DNA of 64,000 nucleotides from Treponema sp. (GTDB lineage Bacteria; Spirochaetota; Spirochaetia; Treponematales; Treponemataceae): NCBI GenBank assembly GCA_022510925.1, contig JAFLSO010000003.1, positions 28,159 to 92,158 of the forward strand, read 5' to 3'. Shown piece by piece: positions 56,094 to 64,000 of this stretch (position 1 is its first letter; each line of letters starts with the position of its first letter). The notes under the pieces were generated by a model. It saw only the letters and a program-made list of their open reading frames with translations, ran no database searches and was not told where the DNA came from. The position numbers and the translations under genes were made by a program.

Positions 56094-56113
56094 GCGAATG
56101 AAAATTCGCTATT
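56094..56113 (+). terminator. Possible terminator of the islet operon
   Basis: GCGAAT-gaaa-ATTCGC hairpin followed by a weak TATTT tract. Confidence 0.35.
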
Positions 56114-56177
56114 TCATCTTGGTGTGATTAAAGACTTAGGGTGGAAAATTCGCGCGGACTGTGCTACAATATGCTCT

Positions 56178-56879
56178 ATGAGCACACATATAAACGCGCA
56201 GGACGGCGCTGTTGCGGATTCTGTCCTGCTTCCGGGCGACCCGCTCAGGGCGCGCTTTATCGCGGAGAATTTCTTGCAGGACGCGGTCTGCTACAACCAG
56301 GTGCGCGGCATGTACGGCTACACCGGCACTTACAAAGGAAAGAGGGTGAGCGTGCAGGGTACGGGGATGGGCCAGCCCTCACTCTCCATCTATGTGAACG
56401 AGCTGTTCAGGTTCTACGGCGTGCAGAAAGCGGTGCGCGTGGGGACGTGCGGGGCAGTGCAGAAAGACACCTCCCTGCGCGACGTGATTCTGGCTCAGGC
56501 CGCCTGCTCCGACAGCGCGCTTAACACCGCGCGCTTCAACGGAATGCATTTCGCTCCCATAGCGGATTTCGGTCTTCTCAAGGAGGCGCATGCTCAGGCC
56601 GAGAGAATGGGGCTTAGCGCAAGGGTGGGGCTCTGCGTGTCAAGCGATAATTTCTATGACGACAAGGAGAGCTGGAGGCTGTGGGCGGAGTACGGCGTTC
56701 TGGGAATAGAGATGGAGGCCGCGGAGCTTTACACTCTGGCCGCCAAATTCAAAAGAAAGGCGCTGGCCATACTTACGGTGAGCGATCACATTCTTCTGGG
56801 CGGGGAGACCACCGCGGAGGAGAGGCAGTCCAGCTTCACTAAGATGATAGAGCTTGCCCTGGAGACGGTGACGGCATAA
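56178..56879 (+). CDS. deoD: Purine nucleoside phosphorylase DeoD-type
   Basis: [46 protein letters not shown] and TVSDH. ATG 56178 lies 7 nt after TG-c-TACAAT. Confidence 0.97.
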   Translation: MSTHINAQDGAVADSVLLPGDPLRARFIAENFLQDAVCYNQVRGMYGYTGTYKGKRVSVQGTGMGQPSLSIYVNELFRFYGVQKAVRVGTCGAVQKDTSLRDVILAQAACSDSALNTARFNGMHFAPIADFGLLKEAHAQAERMGLSARVGLCVSSDNFYDDKESWRLWAEYGVLGIEMEAAELYTLAAKFKRKALAILTVSDHILLGGETTAEERQSSFTKMIELALETVTA

Positions 56880-56881
56880 GA

Positions 56882-57742
56882 ATGTTTTTAAGCCTCAGAA
56901 GAATAAAGCCTTTTACGCCTGTGCTCCTGTCCTTCCTCTTCCTGCTTCCGGGCACGGCCGCTTTCCCTGCCGACGGAACGGACTCCAATAAAGTGTCATT
57001 CAGATTTGTGTATGATTTCTCGGACAGGCCTGCGGACGTGCGCTCCCAAGGAAGCGCCCTCACATGGAATGCGGGCTCAGCCGTAAAGGACAGTTTCGAC
57101 TCCGTCAGCGGGGCATCCGTCTCATCCAGCACACGTCTCCTTAAGTCGCTGTGGCAGGATAAGAGCGGCGGCCGCACCATGCCTGACGGTCTCAGGGCGC
57201 TGCTCCTTTTCGCGGTGAGCGGGCCCGGCATGGCGGAGAGGGATGCCCTAAATGTGAGCGCGGACGGAAAGAAAATCACCGTCACTTTTGTGCACAGGGG
57301 AACCGCATACATGATAGAGACGGACGACAGGGGATTCGCGGATGTGTCCGTGTCGTTCAGAAAAGCGGAGGGCGTCGCGGGGAACAGGGGCGGAGTTTTC
57401 TATGCCATGAGCGGATTCTTAGGCGGAGATGACGAGCTTCCGGGCGGGGAGAGCGTCTCTGCGGAACAGACCATGTCCGAATCCTCCGCGCAGGAGAATT
57501 CCCCCGGTCCCGCAGGAAGCGTCTCGGAGTCAGAGGAGCCTTCCTCCGAACAGCCTGCCGTGCGTGACGCGGGGGAGCTTACTGACCGGCCTGTGGGAGA
57601 GCTTGACTGGAGCCTTCTTCCGCTGGAGGCCGACATCCCCACTGCGGCGGCGTATTACAGCGGAAAACTCAGGCTCACTCAAAAGGACGGAATCCTCTGT
57701 CTGCGAGGCACCCTCAGAAAAAAGTCCGGGGAGACCCGCTGA
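56882..57742 (+). CDS. Exported hypothetical protein
   Basis: Signal-peptide-like N-terminus and an acidic Ser/Glu-rich insert. Starts 2 nt after the deoD stop. Confidence 0.65.
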   Translation: MFLSLRRIKPFTPVLLSFLFLLPGTAAFPADGTDSNKVSFRFVYDFSDRPADVRSQGSALTWNAGSAVKDSFDSVSGASVSSSTRLLKSLWQDKSGGRTMPDGLRALLLFAVSGPGMAERDALNVSADGKKITVTFVHRGTAYMIETDDRGFADVSVSFRKAEGVAGNRGGVFYAMSGFLGGDDELPGGESVSAEQTMSESSAQENSPGPAGSVSESEEPSSEQPAVRDAGELTDRPVGELDWSLLPLEADIPTAAAYYSGKLRLTQKDGILCLRGTLRKKSGETR

Positions 57743-57893
57743 GATTCAGCGCCCTGCATGGCGGAAAACCGGCCTGTGGAAGGCCCGAAATTACAATTTT
57801 TGTAGCCAATCGGGTCTTTAAATGCTATACTTTCTTTGTTTCAAATGTCCATTACTGTTTGAAGCAGTATCCACAAAAGACGAGGTAATGAAA

Positions 57894-58802
57894 ATGGAAC
57901 CCACACTCTTAGTTCTTGCGGCCGGAATGGGAAGCCGTTATGGCGGCGTAAAGCAGATTGACGCCGTGGGAAAAAACGGCGAGTGCCTTCTGGACTTTGC
58001 GGCCTATGATGCTAAAAAAAGCGGCTTCGCTAAAGTCGTGTACGTGATACGAAAAGACATAGAGAAAGATTTCAGGGAGCGGCTTTTTGACCGGGTCGCA
58101 AGGAATTTTGACGCGGAGTACGTGTTCCAGACGCCGGATGCGCTTCTTGACGAGCGTGAGCGCAGCCTTGCCGCCGAGCGGACTAAGCCGTGGGGAACCA
58201 TACATGCGGTTCTATGCGCGGAGGAAAAGATAAAAGCCCCGTTCGCCGTCATAAACAGCGACGATTACTACGGGCGCAGCGCGTTCAGCACTCTGGGAGA
58301 CTATCTGGGCTCGCTCGCCCAGGATTCCACCGAGCATGCCATGGTGGGCTACGTGCTTGAGAACACCATGAGCCGGAACGGCTCCGTAAGCCGCGGCGTG
58401 TGCGAGGTGAGGGACGGCTATCTGGAGTCCATAGTGGAGAACACCAAGATAAGCTATAAGGACGGCGCCATAATCTCCGAGCGCGACGGAAAGGAGTATC
58501 CGTTCACGGGGAAAGAATGGGTCAGCATGAACCTGTTCGGGTTCAGCCCCAGGGCATTCGAGGGATTCAACAAATACTGGGAGGACTTCAAGCGTACCTC
58601 CCTGGACCAGCCTAAGACCGAGGCTCTTCTTCCTGTGGCCGCCAGCGAGATAGTGCGGCGCGGCGAGGGCAGCATAAAATTCTTTACGTCACAGGAGAAA
58701 TGGTTCGGCATGACATATCCTGAGGACCGTGCCCTGGTCCGGGACGAAATCGCAGAGAAGATAAGAACGGGCTATTATCCTGAAAATTTGTGGGAGAACT
58801 AA
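57894..58802 (+). CDS. Sugar-phosphate nucleotidyltransferase family protein
   Basis: VLAAGMGSRYGGVKQ, RTKPWGT, VINSDDYYG, SMNLFG and WFGMTY.ED. GAGGT SD 7 nt before ATG 57894. Confidence 0.85.
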   Translation: MEPTLLVLAAGMGSRYGGVKQIDAVGKNGECLLDFAAYDAKKSGFAKVVYVIRKDIEKDFRERLFDRVARNFDAEYVFQTPDALLDERERSLAAERTKPWGTIHAVLCAEEKIKAPFAVINSDDYYGRSAFSTLGDYLGSLAQDSTEHAMVGYVLENTMSRNGSVSRGVCEVRDGYLESIVENTKISYKDGAIISERDGKEYPFTGKEWVSMNLFGFSPRAFEGFNKYWEDFKRTSLDQPKTEALLPVAASEIVRRGEGSIKFFTSQEKWFGMTYPEDRALVRDEIAEKIRTGYYPENLWEN

Positions 58803-58803
58803 G

Positions 58804-59610
58804 ATGCTTAGACCAAATCCTATTGAGGTTGAGAAAATCTGGGGAAAAGAGAACTGGGTCGCGTCCACGCTGCCTAACGGACTGCAGGAGGATCTCAAGG
58901 CCTACGTGGGCGGGGACTATCCGCTTCTGGTTAAGACCATACAGGCGGAGGAGGCGCTCGCCATGCAGGTGCATCCTGACGACGAGAAGGCCGGGCTCTA
59001 CGAGCAGTCTTTGGGCGGGACAAAATGCTGGTACGTGCTTTCCGCGGACGAGGGAAGCCGCATAGTGTACGGGCTTAACGGCGTGTACACCGCGAGCGAG
59101 CTGCGCATGGCCGTGGAGGCGGGAAACCTCGCGGACTGCCTGAGGTACGTGGACGTTAGCGCGGGCGACTTCATATATCTTCCCGCCGGCACAGTGCACT
59201 CCTTTGTGGGCGGCATGAGGCTGCTGGAGATAAGGCAGGCCAGCGACGTGGCGTACAGACTCTTTGACTATGAGCGTGGCAGGGAGTGCTATGTGGAGCG
59301 CGCCATAAGCTGCATAAAGAGCGACATGGTGCGTAACGTGACCAAGGCCCCCGGAGCGTTCTCATGCCCGTACTTCACCCTGGAGGACATCTCCGTGGAG
59401 GATGAGTACTCAGGCTCCGCGGACAAGGCTCCGTCCAAGAGACTCCCGTGCGACTACAACCTGCTTTACGTCATAGAGGGAAGCGGCACCATAAACGGCG
59501 AGAGCGCGGGCGACGGGGACTTGTTCGTGCTTGAGCCGGGCGAGTCGTTCGACGTGAGCGGTGAATTCCATCTCCTTAAGATAATTCCTGCGGGACCTAA
59601 GCACAGATAG
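58804..59610 (+). CDS. Mannose-6-phosphate isomerase class I-like cupin with an altered active-site motif
   Basis: KIWG, YPLLVK, QVHPDD, PAGTVH and SDVAYRLFDY are present, but GGTKCWY replaces the usual GKTE(C/A)WY. Confidence 0.75.
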   Translation: MLRPNPIEVEKIWGKENWVASTLPNGLQEDLKAYVGGDYPLLVKTIQAEEALAMQVHPDDEKAGLYEQSLGGTKCWYVLSADEGSRIVYGLNGVYTASELRMAVEAGNLADCLRYVDVSAGDFIYLPAGTVHSFVGGMRLLEIRQASDVAYRLFDYERGRECYVERAISCIKSDMVRNVTKAPGAFSCPYFTLEDISVEDEYSGSADKAPSKRLPCDYNLLYVIEGSGTINGESAGDGDLFVLEPGESFDVSGEFHLLKIIPAGPKHR

Positions 59611-59633
59611 AGGCCGCTTGAAGCCTTTCCCGG

Positions 59634-59673
59634 AAACAGCGCATCTTGCGGCGGAAGGATGCGCTGTTTTTTT
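59634..59673 (+). terminator. Intrinsic, possibly bidirectional, terminator between convergent genes
   Basis: 12-bp stem AAACAGCGCATC/GATGCGCTGTTT plus an extended T tract. Confidence 0.8.
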
Positions 59674-59693
59674 ATGCCATAAGTTTGTCGCTT

Positions 59694-61106
59694 TTACCGT
59701 GGGCACCCGGTTCTCCTCCTGTCTCCCGGCATGAAAGGCACTGCCGAAAGAAGGGAGCCTAGCGCTGCGGGGATTGTGTACAGAAAGAAAAGCGCGGTCA
59801 TAAGGACGCTGTACTTTTCCTCAAGTCTCGGAATGCCGCCCCCCGCTATGTACGCGTTCAATGTCTCCGCCTCCGCCGACGAGAATCTGATGACCGCGTA
59901 GCACAGGCTCGTCGCTAGCGATGATATTCCGGCTCCTATCTTTATTATGAAAGTCTGCATCGAAAAGAAAAGCGCGGTGGGTCTCTGGCCCGAAATCCTC
60001 TCCTCCAAATCGACCGCCTCGGATATTATGAGTGTCTGCACCGTGGTTGATATGCTCGCGCAGCTTCCTGTCATCAGGGTGAGTGTCAGCATGGCGGCCG
60101 TCTGAGGAATGCCCGTCATGCAGGACGGATATTTCATGTAAAGCAGGAAAATCATCACATTGGGTGCGATGGCCGCCAGGTTTGCGGCCACATAAAGTCT
60201 TCTTGCGCCTATTCTTGCGCTCAGGACGGGCACTGCCGCCATGGACACCGCGAGCCCCACGAAATTTCCCGCGCCCCACAAAAAAGTGTACAGCAGCGTG
60301 AGCGACGGATTCTTGCTCGCGAAGTAATATGTCACAAGCGGGGATATTATCACCGCCGGCATGGACTTAAGGCTTCCCAGAATACCTGACACGCTGATTC
60401 TCCTCAGCAGGGGATTCGTGACAAAGTATGCGAGGGATTTGGACTCGCTTCTTCCGGTGACTCTCTGGGTGGAGCCTGCGGCGGTGAGCTGGAAGAGCGC
60501 GCCTCCCAGAACGGAGAACGTCGCCACGGTGATTACAAAAGCGTTTCTCTCATCTGCGGCGCTTCCTCCCATAGCCTTGGAGAGTGCGAACGCGACCGGC
60601 TGCACGACAAGCGTCGTCAGGCTGCACGCCATGGAGCCCAGGGGCCTCAGGGAAAAAAGCTTTGTCCTGTCCGTCTCATTGCTTGTCAGCACGGACGGAT
60701 AGCCGCTTATAGGAATGTCGCCCAGAGTGAATACCGTCTCCCATACGATGTAAATCGCGAACGCCGAGACCGTTATCACTGCGTTCCTTGCTCCTGCGCT
60801 GTCCGCTGAGTATATTCCGTTTGTGAAGCAGAGCACCGTGAGGACGGCCGTGGGAACAGGAACTTTCAGCAGGTAATCCTTGAGCTGTCTTTTCCCACGG
60901 CTTATCATCGCCCCCATGAAAGGGTCTTTCACCGCATCGAAAATCCGCGATACGCTGAGTATTATTCCCACCTGCACCGCCGGTATGAGTATCGTGAACT
61001 GCAGGTAATATGCCAGCGATGACGTTATGACTCCGTAGAGGACATTCTGTCCCGCAAGGCCCATGAGGTACCTGTCCCGCTCTTTTTTTGTGTACGTTCC
61101 GCCCAT
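59694..61106 (-). CDS. GPH-family (MelB/LacS-like) MFS sugar:cation symporter
   Basis: About 11-12 TM helices, RIFDAVKDPFMG, FTLGDIP, SEAVDLEERISGQR..ALFFSMQTFIIK. ATG 61106 has an AGGAG SD. Confidence 0.85.
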   Translation of the reverse strand: MGGTYTKKERDRYLMGLAGQNVLYGVITSSLAYYLQFTILIPAVQVGIILSVSRIFDAVKDPFMGAMISRGKRQLKDYLLKVPVPTAVLTVLCFTNGIYSADSAGARNAVITVSAFAIYIVWETVFTLGDIPISGYPSVLTSNETDRTKLFSLRPLGSMACSLTTLVVQPVAFALSKAMGGSAADERNAFVITVATFSVLGGALFQLTAAGSTQRVTGRSESKSLAYFVTNPLLRRISVSGILGSLKSMPAVIISPLVTYYFASKNPSLTLLYTFLWGAGNFVGLAVSMAAVPVLSARIGARRLYVAANLAAIAPNVMIFLLYMKYPSCMTGIPQTAAMLTLTLMTGSCASISTTVQTLIISEAVDLEERISGQRPTALFFSMQTFIIKIGAGISSLATSLCYAVIRFSSAEAETLNAYIAGGGIPRLEEKYSVLMTALFFLYTIPAALGSLLSAVPFMPGDRRRTGCPR

Positions 61107-61122
61107 TGTATTCTCCTTTTTT

Positions 61123-61141
61123 TTACATACTTTTGGTATGT
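61123..61141. promoter_or_regulatory. Palindromic TetR operator, copy 1 (before the transporter)
   Basis: TTACATACTTTTGGTATGT contains ACATAC-N5-GTATGT and is identical to 61854-61872. Confidence 0.8.
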
Positions 61142-61187
61142 TTAAGCGCATGATATTTCCGCAAGAGCATAGGCCCGCGGCATTTTC

Positions 61188-61835
61188 TCAGTCGCTGATT
61201 TCTTTTCTCATGCTGTCCAGCGCGGGATAAATGTCAGAGATGTCGATTCCCATTGTCTTTGTCATGCAGCACGCGGCATCGAACTTCATCCTGAGCTCCT
61301 TCTCGCTTACGGGGAATACAAGCGGGTTTATCCAGATGTTCGCCATTAGGGCGATGATTTCCGCCATCTGCCTGGGGTAGTCAGTTATGATTGAGCCGTC
61401 CTCTATGCCTTCCTCGATTACCGGAAGAAAATCGTTCGCCGCGATGTCGTTCACTGACCGGAGGAGCAGCTCGCTCAGCATCTGGGGTATGTTCTGGAAA
61501 TGAACTCCCATCTTCCTGAACTCTGCCTCCTGTCCGTCCGTCAGGGCCGCCGCCAGCATGCGTTTTATTTTCTCGGCGCCGCTCATCGTGCCGCTCTCCT
61601 TAATCTGCCTCCATCTGGCGGAGAGCGTGTTGCTCGCGAAAAGCCGGTTCGAGACTGCGGAGAGGATATCCTCCTTGGACTTGAAATGATGGTACACCGC
61701 GCCTTTTGTGAGTCCGCCCAGGTTGTCTATGATGTCCTGTATCGTGGTGCGCTCGTAGCCTTTCTCTATGAACAGCCTCTGCGCCACGTCTAGTATGAGG
61801 CTCTCTGTCTCCTCAGGATATTTGTTTCTGGACAT
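61188..61835 (-). CDS. TetR/AcrR-family transcriptional regulator
   Basis: ILDVAQRLFIEKGYERTTIQDII..LGGLTKGAVYHHFKSKEDI. Confidence 0.95.
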   Translation of the reverse strand: MSRNKYPEETESLILDVAQRLFIEKGYERTTIQDIIDNLGGLTKGAVYHHFKSKEDILSAVSNRLFASNTLSARWRQIKESGTMSGAEKIKRMLAAALTDGQEAEFRKMGVHFQNIPQMLSELLLRSVNDIAANDFLPVIEEGIEDGSIITDYPRQMAEIIALMANIWINPLVFPVSEKELRMKFDAACCMTKTMGIDISDIYPALDSMRKEISD

Positions 61836-61853
61836 TCTGCCTTTCCCTCTGTG

Positions 61854-61903
61854 TTACATACTTTTGGTATGTAAATAATGATGCATTTTCCCTTTTCTGT
61901 CAA
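61854..61903 (-). promoter_or_regulatory. TetR promoter with operator copy 2
   Basis: Minus strand TTGACA (61898-903)-N17-CATTAT (61875-80). The operator at 61854-72 covers the predicted transcription start. Confidence 0.78.
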
Positions 61904-61962
61904 GCGCATTCATGCGCGGCTCATAATTTGTCTTTTGCGTGAGAATGTAGTATATTTAGGGC

Positions 61963-64000
61963 ATGAAAGACGAGACTGAGAAAGATAAAGATAAAAAATC
62001 CTCAAAGAAGTCGGGCTCATCCCATGCCCAGCCTCCCGCGCTTGAGATTATGCCGCCAAAGCTTCCCATAATTCCGTTAGGCGGGCGGCCCATCTTCCCC
62101 GGAATTTTCACTCCGCTCATGGTCAACAGCGAGGAGGACACTAAGGTCATAGAGGAGGCCTACAGCGGGAACGGCTACATAGGCATATCCATGCTCAAGG
62201 CCGATGACGAGAAGCCCACTGTGCTTGACCTGTATAAAGTGGGCACGGTGGCCAGAATCATAAAGAAAATAAACCTGCCTGACGGCGGAGTGAATGTCTT
62301 TGTCTCCACCATACAGCGTTTTAAAATAAAAAAGATTCTCAGCAACGAGAGCCCCATGGTGGCGGCGGTGGACTATCTGGAGGACGAGGAGTCCGACACA
62401 TTTGAGGTAAAGGCATACACGCGCGCTCTCATAAGCGAGATGAAGGAGATAAGCGAGAACAATCCCATGTTCAGCGAGGAGATGCGCCTTAACATGGTGA
62501 ACATAGACAATCCCGGAAAAATCGCTGACTTCATAGCATCCATCCTCAACATAGACAGGACCGAGCAGCAGAAAGTCCTTGAGACGCTCAACGTCCGCGA
62601 GAGGATGCAGCTTGTCCTGAAATACATAAAGAAAGAGCAGGAAATTTTCCGCGTGCAGAAAAAGATTCAGAATGAGCTCAACGAGAAAGTGGAGAAAAAC
62701 CAGCGCGACTATTTCCTGCGCGAGGAGATGAAGGCCATACAGGAGGAGCTGGGTATAGCGGGCAGCTCCAAGACAAGCGACTATCAGAAATTCAAATCCA
62801 GGATAGACTCATTTAATTTTGAGGGCGAGGTAAGGGAAACAGTGACAGCGGAGCTTGAGAAATTCCAGATGATGGATCCGCATGACCCTGAGTATAACCA
62901 GAGCCGTAATTATCTGGAGACAGTGTGCTCGCTGCCATGGAACGAGGCTCCGTCCGAGGCCTATAATCTGGAGGACGCAAGGACCGTTCTGGAGAGGGAC
63001 CATTACGGGCTTGATGACGTGAAGAAGCGCATACTGGAGCATCTTTCCGTGCGCAAGCTGAAGGGTGACGGTAAAGGCAGCGTGCTCATTCTGGTGGGGC
63101 CTCCCGGCGTGGGAAAAACCAGCGTGGGCCGCTCCATAGCGAATGCCATGCGCAAGCCGTTCTACAGGTTCAGCGTGGGCGGCGAGCATGACGAGGCCAA
63201 GATAAAGGGTTTCCGCAGGACGTACATAGGCGCTGTTCCGGGGCAGATTATAACCGGGCTTAAGATAACAAAGAGCAGATCCCCCGTGTTTATGATTGAC
63301 GAGGTGGACAAAATGAACGCGAGCGCGCAGGGAGATCCCAGCGCGGCGCTCCTTGAGGTGCTTGACCCCGAGCAGAATGTTAATTTCCGGGACACATACC
63401 TGGACATTCCGTTTGACGTGAGCAATGTGTTCTTCATTCTCACCGCCAACACGCTTGACACCATACCGCGCCCGCTTCTGGACCGCGCGGAGATAATAGA
63501 GCTTTCCGGGTACATAGACCAGGAGAAGATGGAGATTGCCAGAAAGCATATCATTCCAAAGAACCTGAGGAAGAACGGTCTCAGGAAAGGGCAGGTCAAA
63601 TTCACCAGAGGCGCGCTCCAGCTCATTGCCACCGAATACGCGCGCGAGGCGGGCATGCGCAATTTTGAGAAGTGCATTGACAAGATAAACCGCAAGCTGG
63701 TGTTTGAGAGCCTCACGGAATTTGAGAGAAAGAATCCGCCTCAGAAATTCGCGGACTTAGGAGAATGCCCGCCCAAGGAGAGGACCGAGGCATTCAACAA
63801 GTGGCATGCGGAGCAGGACAGGCGGCAGTCCGCGCGCGAGAAAGAGGGCGCCAAGCTGGACGCATATCTTGCTAAGAGAAAATTTGAGATTGACACGGAG
63901 CAGGTAAGGAAGTATCTGGGAAAGGCGGTTTTTGACGAGAGCCAGATAAAGAAAGCGTCCGTTCCCGGGACCGCCATAGGCCTTGCATGGACAAGCATGG
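61963..64000 (+). CDS. lon: ATP-dependent Lon protease, 3' end truncated by the window edge (absent from the ORF track)
   Basis: Open frame from ATG 61963 to the window end: LPIIPLGGRPIFPG, LERDHYGL..VKKRILE, Walker A GPPGVGKTS, RRTYIGA, IDEVDK, DPEQN..F.DTY, REAGMR and PGTAIGLAWT. Confidence 0.97.
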   Translation, partial: MKDETEKDKDKKSSKKSGSSHAQPPALEIMPPKLPIIPLGGRPIFPGIFTPLMVNSEEDTKVIEEAYSGNGYIGISMLKADDEKPTVLDLYKVGTVARIIKKINLPDGGVNVFVSTIQRFKIKKILSNESPMVAAVDYLEDEESDTFEVKAYTRALISEMKEISENNPMFSEEMRLNMVNIDNPGKIADFIASILNIDRTEQQKVLETLNVRERMQLVLKYIKKEQEIFRVQKKIQNELNEKVEKNQRDYFLREEMKAIQEELGIAGSSKTSDYQKFKSRIDSFNFEGEVRETVTAELEKFQMMDPHDPEYNQSRNYLETVCSLPWNEAPSEAYNLEDARTVLERDHYGLDDVKKRILEHLSVRKLKGDGKGSVLILVGPPGVGKTSVGRSIANAMRKPFYRFSVGGEHDEAKIKGFRRTYIGAVPGQIITGLKITKSRSPVFMIDEVDKMNASAQGDPSAALLEVLDPEQNVNFRDTYLDIPFDVSNVFFILTANTLDTIPRPLLDRAEIIELSGYIDQEKMEIARKHIIPKNLRKNGLRKGQVKFTRGALQLIATEYAREAGMRNFEKCIDKINRKLVFESLTEFERKNPPQKFADLGECPPKERTEAFNKWHAEQDRRQSAREKEGAKLDAYLAKRKFEIDTEQVRKYLGKAVFDESQIKKASVPGTAIGLAWTSM

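Noticed and set aside
1-64000. The many short or antisense ORFs in the six-frame track (e.g. 286..1101-, 5183..6373-, 11261..12067-, 23283..23807+, 46683..47522-, 51317..52330-)
   Set aside because: They shadow well-supported genes on the opposite strand or in another frame and show no family motifs. Such ORFs are expected at about 56% GC.
1-64000. CRISPR arrays, rRNA, IS elements, prophage
   Set aside because: I saw no regularly spaced repeats, transposase or phage motifs, or rRNA signatures.

Overview
This is a 64-kb chromosomal window of a spirochaete, almost certainly a Treponema. The assignment is inferred from the two FlaA sheath paralogues, the mraZ-rsmH-ftsL-murF-ftsW-ftsQ-ftsA-ftsZ-xerD-TPR-dprA-topA-xerC order and the infC-rpmI-rplT-zapB-zapA block. 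Background GC is roughly 55-57%. Most of it is housekeeping: tilS (cut by the left edge), htrA, lepA, fba, the division cluster, hslVU, argG, malQ, deoD, lon (cut by the right edge and absent from the ORF track), four tRNAs, and signalling genes (SpoIIE/PP2C, GAF-HD-GYP, MCP). I found no CRISPR array, rRNA, transposase or phage genes. One stretch is clearly foreign: a ~1.55-kb, ~30% GC island at 54530-56085. It carries its own strong promoter, a lipoprotein and a frameshifted omptin-family outer-membrane protease, and it is bounded by an 8-bp direct repeat. Just left of it lies a 62-bp orphan copy of deoD codons whose five mismatches to the intact downstream deoD are all synonymous. Regulatory signals visible in the sequence include many apparently leaderless genes, a leaderless 17-codon uORF coupled to the phosphatase gene, a divergent promoter pair with overlapping -35 boxes, tandem sigma70/sigma28 promoters at flaA, four MraZ boxes, and a duplicated 19-bp TetR operator. 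All family assignments come from recognised motifs, not database searches.
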